A DNA stretch of 63,797 bases, taken from Gekko japonicus (Eukaryota). Below, piece by piece: positions 54,001 through 63,797 of this stretch. The stretch is taken from the NCBI RefSeq assembly GCF_001447785.1, contig NW_015165350.1:21672-85468 (forward strand), written 5' to 3'. Under the pieces are notes generated by a model. The model did not search any database, was not told where the DNA came from, and saw nothing but the letters and a program-made list of their open reading frames with translations. The translations under genes were made by a program, and so were the position numbers. Within the stretch, counting starts at the first letter, position 1. Every line of letters begins with the position of its first letter.

Positions 54001-56376
54001 CAAGGAAAAGGTGGGACATTTAGAAATGTACACTTTTCTATCCCCACAGCATGAAAAAATACCTTTTGTATCAAACAGGATTTGGGTAAGTGCAGAGTCA
54101 AAGCAGTGGAAATCCCAGAAAGCGGAGGATTAGGTGATAGCATTGTGTGGGTGTCCCCAAGAGCCCACTCCAGTATGGATGCCAAACTAGAACAAAATCT
54201 CTGTGTGGAAACATCCTAAACTTCTCTGGATTGGACCCTTGGGCTGCAGTCCTTAGCATGCTTTCTGTGAAGCAAGTCTGAAGCAACTCAAAGCAGTTAA
54301 CATCTGGATAGCCATGTTCAGGATCATTCTTTGTCTCCTTTAGTGGATGAGTGTCAGTTTGCCAAATGTGATCCATTTTTCCTTTCTGGTCTCAGTCCAA
54401 CGTCAGCCCTAATTAGGAACAGGGAGCAAAGTCATATTAAGTGTAAACAAATTTGAATATTTGCACACCAGTAAAATTTGCGAGAGAATTCATCCCTCAA
54501 GTGACTGTTACTTCACCCTTCAGCTCAAATTGAGGGGAAATGTTGTTAACTGATCATCTGCTTGTTTTCTGTTCCATTCACTTCCTCAGACAATCTGGAT
54601 TCTGGACTTCACCTGCCGAAAGGTACATTTCGTGCACAAATCAATTATTTCTAAACTAAAAGGCAGCAAATTCCATGTTTTACTCACTTGTTGAGTAAAG
54701 AAGTATTTCCTTTTGTCCTGTTGATTGTAGCATGGTCCCTGAAGCCCCTGGTTCTCTCTGAAAGTCACAGGTGTCTGATTCACACACAGAATTTCCACTC
54801 TCCTTCCATCCCCCAAGTTCCCTATGCTGTGAAGCACAGAAACTATTATGGGGGCTGCTTTTGGTTTTGCTTTAAGGGGTACACCTGGAATGACAGGAAA
54901 GGAGGGATATATGCATTTTAAAACAAATAATTACAGGTTGGTTTTAAGGTTTGGAGAGAAAAAAATTGTGGGTCCTTTGTCAACCTGCTCTTAGCTTTTG
55001 CTGAGATTTCAGACCCATTCCAATTGGAGATGGAGAAATTCTGGCCAAAAGAGAAGAACCTTCAAATCTTGAATAGCCCTGGTGTAAGTGGTTAAGTGTG
55101 CGGACTCTAATCTGGGAGAACCGGGTTTGATTCCCCACTCCTCCACTCACAGCTGCTGGATGACTTTGGGCAAGCCATAGTTCTGTCAGAACTGTTCTCT
55201 CAAGGACAGCTCTGGAAAAAGCTCTCTCAGCCCAACCTACCTCACAGGGTGTCTGTTGTGGGGTGGGGAAGGGAAAGGAGTTTGTAAGCCGCTCTGAGAC
55301 TCCGAGTGAAGGGCAGGGCATAAATTTGATCTCTCCTTCTTGGAAATCCTAATGATTTGAGCAGAAATTCTTGGGATACCTCTAGGATCAAGACTAGATC
55401 TACTTTGCAAGTTCAACCCATTCTTTCATTGGCTCACTTTCATGCGATCAGGGTGTTTGTGTTAAGTGCTTTCCCACATGTGATTTTTCATTTTGTTCAT
55501 AATGGTGGATGAGATACAGAGTGATCTGTGCTTCTCCCTCAGGGTACTTTTTTGATACAGGATAATGGGGGACAGGCTTTATTCACCTGGGTTCTTGCGG
55601 TCTCTCCAAGCCCAGGAAGCTTGTTCATCCTTACATAGGCCAGGGGAAGGAAGGAATGCCTGTGAAAGTCCAGCCAAGGGTTAAAACTGAAAAGAATAAG
55701 CTACAGTAGGGGAAGTGTCTAAACAACCAGCTAGGTCAGGGAGATCCACAGGGAACGGACATACCTGGGACACTAACAATAGTGTCTGATGGGAGTGGCA
55801 AACAACCCTACCATTTGTCTCCCAGCTGAATCTGCTTCGTTTCTGTCTCCTCCCCTCCCCCCAACAGCAAATGTGATTCTGGATTCGGACACGGCCCATC
55901 CCGAACTCATCCTCACTGAGGATTGGAAAAGTGTGAGAAAAGGAGAAGAGGCTCAAGATCTGTCCGACAATCCTGAGAGATTTGATGAGAGCTATATTGT
56001 TCTGGGCCTTGAGGGATTCACAGCAGGCCGCCACTTCTGGGAAGTCCTTGTGGGAAGTGAAGGGGAATGGAGTGTGGGGGTGGCCAGAAAGTCCGTGGAC
56101 AGGACAGGAGAGGTCTTCTTTGAGCCTGACGAAGGGTTCTGGGAAGTGGGGAGATATGATGGCTGCTACAATGCTTCAATAGAGGATGGTACCCTGACCC
56201 TGAGTGGAGAGCTCAAGAGGATCCGGGTGTGTCTGAACTACCCTGGAGGGCGAGTGGCCTTTTTCGATGGTGACCGAGCAGCCCTTCTCTACGAGTTCTC
56301 TGAAGCCTCCTTCTCTGGAGAGACCCTCCTGCCCTCCTTTTGGGTAAATTTAAAAGGCCACCTCCAACTTTGTTAA
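42067..56376 (+). CDS. TRIM E3 ligase (RING-Bbox-[Bbox]-coiled coil-PRY/SPRY B30.2), TRIM39/TRIM27/TRIM7-like; 533 aa with the extra B-box exon, 478 aa without
   Basis: Exons 42067-42492 (C3HC4 RING + B-box2), 45963-46127 (second B-box2), 48360-48455 (96 bp), 49472-49702 (231 bp), 50952-50974 (23 bp), 52256-52374 (119 bp), 54590-54622 (33 bp), 55868-56376 ([21 protein letters not shown]..). The 96/231/23-bp exon series is typical of class IV TRIMs, and the frame is intact. Confidence 0.92.
42620..43017 (-). mobile_element. Non-autonomous Helitron
   Basis: Minus strand reads A|TCTCTCCTTATATATAA...CTAG|T with an imperfect subterminal hairpin and no TSD. It is absent at the paralogous site ~63775/63776. 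Confidence 0.8.
45190..45355. repeat. Purine-rich (GGAA/GAAA) low-complexity tract
   Basis: Direct inspection. Confidence 0.85.
45963..46127 (+). CDS. Extra B-box2 exon (phase 0-0, 55 codons)
   Basis: Pyrimidine tract, then catcag|GCA GTG...; [33 protein letters not shown]...QEYK|gtagg. Confidence 0.8.
50086..50371 (+). mobile_element. Squam3-like tRNA-derived SINE (also ~32915-33380 minus, 33820-33935 minus, 40772-41005, 51340-51527, 55075-55340, 62285-62512)
   Basis: A box tggtgtagtggt, B box ggtttgattcc, body ccacctcacagggtgtctgttgtgggg, CT-rich tail. Confidence 0.85.
53645..53948 (+). mobile_element. Sauria-like SINE (fragments also at ~24000-24065 and ~26965-27088)
   Basis: ccagctcctgccaacctagcagttcgaaagc core and (ACCTTT)n tail. 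Confidence 0.8.
55868..56376 (+). CDS. B30.2 (PRY-SPRY) terminal exon
   Basis: ORF 55789..56376 carries B30.2 motifs; acceptor ccaacag at 55867. Confidence 0.95.
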
Positions 56377-57049
56377 GACAGTCATTTTGCACATGGCCAT
56401 TAATGAAAATAATATATCTTAATATTCCTGTTTTATAGCTATGCAAAGGTCTTCTCCAGTGCCCCAATCAACACAGCTGTGGGGCAGATGTGGAATGGGG
56501 GATTAGTGCTAATGGAGGAATGTTTAACCGTCCCCCGTCCCCTTTTTGTGATGTGAAATTTTCTCTTTTGGCCAGTGTACATTACATGTGTTTGGAGGTA
56601 GCTGGTTTTCAATGTGTTTAGATGCCTGTTAGTATTAAAGATTTCCTGTTGCAAGTTTCACTTGAAAACATACTTGTGGGAGGGAGTCCTGAGAAGGCTG
56701 GGTAACATAGGCAGATACATCACAGCAAGTGACATACACTCACAGCATCAGTTTCTCTTCATTTCTGCAAAATCATAAAGTTGGAAGGGGCCTCCAGGGT
56801 CATCTAGTCCAACCCCCTGCACAAATATCGAAGAGATGACAAAAAACCTCCAGGATTTCCCTTCAAACTGGCCTGGAGAGGAATTGTTTCTTGACCCCAA
56901 AGTGGCGATCAGCATTTCCCTGGGCATGTAAGAAAGGGCCACAAGAACTAAGCACTGAGGCAACCCTTCCTGCGCCATCTAGCCTCTTGTTTGAAAACCT
57001 CCAAAGAAGGGGAGCCCACCACCTCCCAAGGAGGCCTGTTCTGAGTTGC

Positions 57050-58994
57050 TGAGGGGAGGAGTTCCAAGATGGCGTCAAGGCAGCTGCTCTGACACACGAC
57101 GCCACGCAAGTGACTTGCACATTTGTTATTTTATCTTATTTTACTTAATTTATTGCTGGACTTTTATGCAGTATAATTACTTTCTCAACAGTGGTCTGTA
57201 GCAGCATGTTTTTAACACTATTTTGATAAGCCGAAGGACTTGTGGAGGAGTTTTAGCCTTGAGAGCTTTCCTTTGAGCGTTTTTGCTCTTTTATATGTGC
57301 CAGCTGTTTCCTTTTTGAGTGCAATTTCTTCAGTATATATTATACGAACTCTGAGCCCCTGCCTGCAACTCCAGTTTCCTGCTACTTGGCTTAAACGACA
57401 GCAACACAGTAACAAGTTTACCTTAAGACAGATGATCTGCTTACTGCAAGGACAGTGGAGTTCATCTTTGCAGAGCTCCGTTTATTGCACTCAAAGCTGG
57501 ATAAGCTGCTAAATGACTCTAATTTTACTCAAACTGCCTCTGCCTCTGACCGTGTTGAGAATCCAGCTGTTTTTAGTTTTGAAAAGCATCCTGCCGTTTG
57601 TCCTATGAGGGAGGGGCTAGTTAAGCTACCTCCTCAACAACAGGAGAGGAAGAGGGAGAGAATAGCTCCCTCCCAACTTGTCTGGCAGCCACATAAGACT
57701 TGTTTACAAATTTGCAAGTCTAAAGGATTTGTCCCATCCTGGAGAACTGCTCCACTTGGTAAGAAACATTTAGTGGATTTACTTGGAAAGCGTATTGGTC
57801 ATGTGGATATAAAAACAGTGGAGCTCCTAAATTATAATACTCAAGCTCAGAGGGTTCTACTTGCTTTCCACAGCCCTAGTATTCCCAGGCTGCTATTTCG
57901 CCAGAAAGCTCTGCTAAATTTCAAAGGAATTTTCCCTAACCGTGTTTTTAAAAACATAAAAGCCTATGCTTACCCCCTCTAAGAGAGTGCGGGACAATAT
58001 AATTGCACCTGTTGTGTTTAATAATGATTCTGCACCAACAGATTCTATTGTTCCTGACTCTAGTGCATCAAAAGATTTAAGAACAGGGAATGACTCTATT
58101 TCCAGCCCCTGCCTTTTGGATAATAAGTTACTGGATGAGGAAATTCTGGAATCCTTTAAGGCTCTACCACTGGGTGAGCAAATGTTGGTTATGGACAGAA
58201 TGGAAGTTGTAAGAACTAACTTATTTAAAAATATGTTGGATAAGGCCAATACCTCCTCTGGCTCAACGACAGGGGCCGAAACTCTATTGGTTAATGAAGA
58301 ATGTACTGCGATCCAGGTTCAAGCAGTTGTTCATCAATCTGAACTCCCTGGTACCATCTTTCTATCTGTATCAAGGGAGGGAGGTGACTTCAGCTCTAAG
58401 CCCTTGGGCATAATGGACCTTTCCCAGCATGCTGATATTGTTAGCAATGGGTATGTCAAGAATAATGGGTATGACAATAATTCCGTAGATCAACTAGTTG
58501 AGACGGACTGACTTCCGGATAGCTCTCCACCCACGATAATCAAACTTGTCTCCTGGAATATAGCGGGGTGGAGGAACAAGGCCAATGATCATGATTTTAT
58601 AGACTATCTTAAATCCTTTGATATTGTCCTTCTACAGGAGACTTTGGGCCCTAACTCCCTTATCCTTTGAAGGATTTATATCTCACTCCCTTTTAGCATC
58701 CAGGGCCAGCAGTGGAGGTTGCCCCCACACAGGCTTAACCACCCTTCTCTTAACCCTAATTTAAGATCCATTAGTCTACAAGATTGCCCCCCCCCATTGC
58801 CCAAGCCACTTTGATAAATAGCGGAAACTTCTCTCTAATAATACTGAACATCTGCATCCCACCCTCCTCTAACAGATCCGCTTGTTTACTTATTGGTGCA
58901 GTTTGGTCTCTTACCTTGAACAGCTAGAAAATTCCCTGATGCAGAAATAATCTTAGCTGGAGATCTCAATGCCAGAGTTGGTAATGATATTTTG
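57050..58994 (+). mobile_element. 5' part of an APE-type non-LTR retrotransposon (5'UTR, ORF1, start of endonuclease), cut by a gap
   Basis: caagatggcg 5' motif; ORFs 57455-57982 and 57966-58511; then KLVSWNIAGW...DIVLLQET...ILAGDLNARVG. Clade is not certain. Confidence 0.8.
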
Positions 58995-59092
58995 NNNNNN
59001 NNNNNNNNNNNNNNNNNNNNNNNNNNNNNNNNNNNNNNNNNNNNNNNNNNNNNNNNNNNNNNNNNNNNNNNNNNNNNNNNNNNNNNNNNNNN

Positions 59093-60300
59093 TTAATTTT
59101 AACTGTTACAAGAGAGATCCCTAAGCATCTAGTTTCAGTAATTTCAAAAGCACAGTTCAGAGTCCTTCAGTCTTCATTTTCCCTTGCCCAGTCTCTTTCA
59201 CAGTTTGTAAGGACTTTTGGGGGCTGCTACCCCTTTCTCTGGTAGAGAATCTTCTCCGGAAGACCCTGAGTCCAGCTCGCCACTGGACTTGTTGCCCATC
59301 CCTTTTTATCCTTCCTCCCCTGGCTCTCCCAGATGGGCTCTTAAAAATTCCTGTGATTTCTGAACAGAGTGAATCTTTCCCTTTTTATCCTTAATTTTGA
59401 AGGTTACGCCCTCTGGAGTTAGCCATCTATATCCGATTGCATTTGTCTGGAGAAAAAGAATTAAATCTTTGTACTTCTTCCTCCTTTGTCTTATTTCAAA
59501 TGGAATGTCTTTTAAGATTCTGATACTATTTTCTCCAACTTTCATGGGTGTGCCAGATGCCGCTTTCAGGATTTGCATCCCTCACATGCCTCTTTGAGAA
59601 TCTTATCACTATTTCCCCAGGCAGATTATTTTTCTTTATATATCTAGAATATGACCTGTAGGCCACATCCATATCGCTCAGCAAAGATTCCGCCTTCATA
59701 TCTGTCACTGGGACCAGTAATTCACTCATCATTTCCTTCAGTTCTCTCCCTTAGGCTCTGGAATGCCCTGGAAGCGAAGAATCAAACTGGCTTTTTCCAT
59801 TTGTAGCTGTAACAGCTGATCTTCTGTGGAGATTTGCTTCTTCCAGTTTTTGTACTTTCTTCTTCACCCTTTGGGCAGTGGCGTCCACTTCTTTCACCTC
59901 AGCTGTTTGATTCATCATTTTAAGAGTCTCATCCAACTGTGTTTGCTGGGTGGTGATACATTGGTTCATTGTTGACAGCTGCTCCCTGATATTATTCATC
60001 TGATCCAGCAGGGGGAGCATGGATTCTGCCAATGTCTTTGCCAGCTCATTGGTTGCTTCCGGCCTTGGACTCTCAGTTCCTTTTGCTTTTAACAGTTTCT
60101 CTTTCTCCATCCTCTTCCCAGCCATCTTTTTGGATTGTTTACTTTTGCAAAAGTTTTTAAAAGTGTCTGAATATGCGCTTAAACGCTCAAGCTCGCCTTG
60201 GTAAGTCTCTCTCAGCAGTTATAACCGCTTTTCTGCCCCCCCCCCTCTGATTCGCTTAAAAGTTTATGCGCATGGGAGGCATCCCTCCCCCGCTCGCCTC
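59093..60300 (-). mobile_element. L1-like LINE 5' region with frameshifted ORF1
   Basis: Coiled coil, then LRFQGIPE-like, LPGEIVIRF, and ILKDIP...RQRRK.Y...L....I.YRW..PEG (L1 ORF1p C-terminal pattern). Confidence 0.8.
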
Positions 60301-61859
60301 ACTTTCTGTTCTGCGTGGGTGTAACAAAAAGGTGTAAACAAATGCTACACACAAGAGCTGGGGAAAATAAGGATGCCCCCTTCCTCTTGTCTGGGGGGAG
60401 GAGGCCACATGGCGAGGGAAAGTAGGCAAAGAAGTGATGGAGGGCTGGTCCAGGACACTGGCAAGGTGAGTGTCTAGGCAGCTGCTGCCTCTGCAGGAAG
60501 AAAGACTTAGACTCGGAGAGGATTACCCACTGCTGACCCCGCCAGCACTGTCAGCCTCAGAAGGGCAGCAGCAGAGGGGTGGAGAGAAAAGGGCCAGCAC
60601 CAAGCCCGCCTCGTGCGACCTGCCCCCGAGGTGGCAAGGATAGGAGCCCCCCCAGCTGGTCTCCAACGGCAGAGGCCAGGCAGGGGGAGAGAGCAAGGTG
60701 CTGCTTCTGCATCCTTCCTTGCAGGAGCCCGGCTGACTGGCAGGGATGGAGGCAGGCAGGCGCGGTGGGCAGCAGGTGTCCCTGCTCAGCAGCCCTCCAC
60801 TCTGACCTCCCAGGCGGTAAAAAACGTGGGTTCCCCGGGCCCCGCTGTAGCTATTGCCCTGTCTGGAGTTAGAAAGGAAGTTGGTGTGCCCTTCTTGCCT
60901 GTCTCTTCAACTGCTATCGGTGGGGGTCTGGAGCCCAAGGGCTCTTCTCTGTCTGTGAACGTGGTGCGGATAGATTCTCTTTCCTTTTTCCAGGCCCCAA
61001 ATCCTGGGTCTTTTTGGACACAGTCTCCTCCATTTAATTTTGCTTTTCTTTATGGGAATAGGAGGAGCTAAGCTCAGATGATCTGCTGGAGCCGCAGGGC
61101 TAGTCACACTAGAAAGATACTCCCCCTGGGTCCTGGTTAGGGATACAAAAAAATTGCATAGCTCTGCCTGGAGCGAAAGGGGGCGTACCTAACCAACTTG
61201 GATGACTTCCCCTGCCGAAGGAGAAGCTAAAGCTCAGTATGAGCTTAGGCTAGCGAGAAATGCTAAAAACAAAAAAAGTTCTCTTATGTTCCAAGTAAGA
61301 AAAAGCAAGGACATGGTAGGCCCATTGCGGGGACAGGAAAGTGAAATTGTAGCAGGTTATGAAGAGAGACCAAAAGACCACAAAAAGCTGTAAACAAGCA
61401 CTACACAACACACAAGAGCTAGGGAAATAATTACACTGTATTCTATCAAATAGGCAGTCATGTCATATACAAGAGTGCAAGCAGGAGGTTCAAATCTATA
61501 GTTGTTGACGAAGTTCTCTAGAATGTCAACTCCTTTCGTGAAGACTTCATCTGAACGGGACTGCGATATCCTTATAATATTACAAAGATGTGCAATGTAC
61601 CTCAATGTATACAATCCAATATACGGTACTAATAAAAATTCTTTATACATACAAAATGTGTCTTCTATCCCTTATTCAACGTTGGTTGAATATGCTTTTC
61701 ATAAAGAATAACTACAAAATAAATATAATCATCAGAAACATTCCAAAAATAATTACATATTACAAAATAGCCATATTTCTTAAGAACTCTCACCCTTATT
61801 TGTCATCCGGATACATGGTATATTTAAACAGGCAATCTCAGTAGAAAGCTCAAGCCTTA

Positions 61860-63797
61860 ACAGGTGTCTCTGTCTTGAGCCTCAGCCTTCCTTCCTACTA
61901 ACCTGCAAGCAGCACTGTATCGCCTCTGTGCTTGCACAGAATGCAAACCCAAAAATGACTGGAATGATAATGGTAATATTTCATTTTTATTGGTGCAAGA
62001 CACCTGAAAAGCAGGAACCTTTGATAGGGTCTGGACCTCCTTTGTAAAGGGAAAAAACAACATCCAGAAAACATACTTTAGCATGTCAAGAGCGAATGGG
62101 TAAGTCTAGTTTCTTTCCTTATCAGCTATTTTTAGGCATGCAATGAGTTTTAGCTACAGGAAAGTTATCCTAATGCAACAGGCTTACCCACAGACTAAAG
62201 TGGTACAGCCCAGGAAAAGCTCTTCCACCCCTGAACTGAGACTTTCTTGGCTAAACAAAAGAACAGCAACACCAGGGGTTAAGTCCATCTACAGGCGGGT
62301 GTAGTAGTTAAGAGCTGTGGACTCGAATCTGGAGAACCCGGTTTGATTCCCCACTCTCCACGTGAAACCAGCTGGGTGACCTTGGGTCAGTCGCAGCTCT
62401 CGCCCCACCTACATAGGGAGTCTTGTGGGGAGAGGAAGGGAAGGTGATTGTAAGCCACACCGAGACTCCTTCAGGTAGTGAAGAGCAGGATATAAAACCA
62501 ACTCCTCTTCTACTCGCCCTTCTCAAGGATCAATAAAGGCTGGTCCCTACTTTGCATAGCTCCTCCTCCACCAAAACCAGAACCTTGGACACCTGCTCGG
62601 TCTGTATGCCTACAGGAAATGAATNNNNNNNNNNNNNNNNNNNNNNNNNNNNNNNNNNNNNNNNNNNNNNNNNNNNNNNNNNNNNNNNNNNNNNNNNNNN
62701 NNNNNNNNNNNNNNNNNNNNNNNNNNNNNNNNNNNNNNNNNNNNNNNNNNNNNNNNNNNNNNNNNNNNNNNNNNNNNNNNNNNNNNNNNNNNNNNNNNNN
62801 NNNNNNNNNNNNNNNNNNNACCCCCCCCGCCTCTTTCCAGCCCGCCTCTTCCTCAGCAGCAGACTTCCCCTTCGGGTCAGTGAGCGCTGCCCTCTCCACC
62901 CCTGCCTGCCCCAGAGACCCCGGGAAGCATCTCCCGCCGGCCCCGGGAACACCCGCCCCCTTTGGCAAACCCCTGGGGTGCGCCCCGGAGGGAAGCGGCT
63001 TCTTCCCCCCGTCGGAGGCGCTTGCAAAGGCGGGGCCAGAGAAGACTTCTTCGCCCTCCTCCCCAGGCTGTTTCTCTAGAGCGGTTTCGTTTCTGCAGCT
63101 CCGTCGCCCGGCGGTTCATCCCTCCTCATCCAATAGGAGTCATTTGCGGGGAGGGAAACGACCTCTGTTCTCCGCTTTCTCCTGCTCGAGGCGGCCATGG
63201 CGGCTGAGGGTCCCGTGAAGGAGCTGTGGAAGGAAGCCTCTTGCTCCATCTGCCTGGACTTCTTCAGGGACCCGGTGATCCTCACCGAGTGCGGCCACAA
63301 CTTCTGCCGGGCCTGCCTGACCCGCAGCTGGAGGAAGTCGGGGACCGCCGGGCCTTCCTGCCCCCAGTGCAGAGGAACAGCTCAGCTGAAGCGCCTGAGG
63401 CCGAACCAGCAGCTGGCCAACTTTGTGGAAATCGCCAAGAGGTTCCGCCCTTTGGAAGGGGAGGGGGCGGAAGCGAAGGGGGGAGTCTGCGAGAAGCACC
63501 AGGAGCCCCTGAAGTTCTTCTGCAAGGAGGACGAAGCCCCCCTCTGCGTGGTCTGCGGCCTGTCCCAGGAGCACAAAGATCACGAGGTGGTTCCTCTCGA
63601 GGAGGCTTTCCAAGAGAACAAGGTGAGAAATCTCTGGAGGGAGACTTTCTGGCGTCCTTGTGTGCGGCTCAAAACTTCCACGTTGGTGCAAAAGTCTCTC
63701 AAGCTTAGCATTGTTGCCACTTGCTGGCTGGTAACTTTTAATACAATGGGATATCCAAGATAATATAATATACAATATTATTTTCTCCTCCCTCCAC
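61860..63797 (+). repeat. Segmental duplication, copy 2
   Basis: For example ggacctcctttgtaaagg...catgtcaagag and ggatcaataaaggc are shared with 40150-43040. Confidence 0.9.
63197..63622 (+). CDS. First coding exon (RING + B-box2) of a second TRIM paralog; the gene continues beyond the window
   Basis: 142 codons, 123 amino acids identical to 42067-42492; donor AAG|gtgag. Confidence 0.93.

Noticed and set aside
42067-56376. Assigning gene symbols TRIM39/TRIM27/TRIM7, or ZNF numbers to the KRAB genes
   Set aside because: These look like lineage-specific expansions; orthology needs phylogeny
57455-58511. Novel host protein-coding gene (175- and 181-aa ORFs)
   Set aside because: Lies directly upstream of an APE endonuclease start, so it is best explained as a frameshifted LINE ORF1

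Overview
This is eukaryotic (vertebrate) genomic DNA, most likely a gecko-type squamate, judged from Squam3-like and Sauria-like SINEs, CR1/L2/L1 fragments and hAT MITEs. It is not prokaryotic and has four N-gaps. The window holds a KRAB zinc-finger cluster next to a tandem cluster of RING-Bbox-coiled-coil-B30.2 TRIM genes. Left to right: (A) a minus-strand KRAB gene running off the left edge; (B) an apparently complete minus-strand KRAB-ZNF with 19 C2H2 fingers; (C) a degenerate plus-strand ZNF exon behind a CpG-island promoter; (D) a plus-strand KRAB-ZNF whose finger array ends in a frameshifting 149-bp triplication; a complete TRIM39/TRIM27-like gene; and the first exon of a recent TRIM paralog. 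Most unusual features: (1) gene B has five tandem, frame-preserving KRAB-B-like exons, with the same module in gene A; (2) the TRIM gene has a second B-box on its own in-frame exon; (3) there are four TSD-flanked long-hairpin insertions with Penelope-like hallmarks, plus a near-canonical hammerhead ribozyme; (4) a ~1.7-kb foldback element with minisatellite arms; (5) a Helitron with an empty site in the paralog; (6) an interrupted U2 snRNA retrocopy. All exon models were read by eye from splice signals and reading frame, and none has been checked against transcript or database data.
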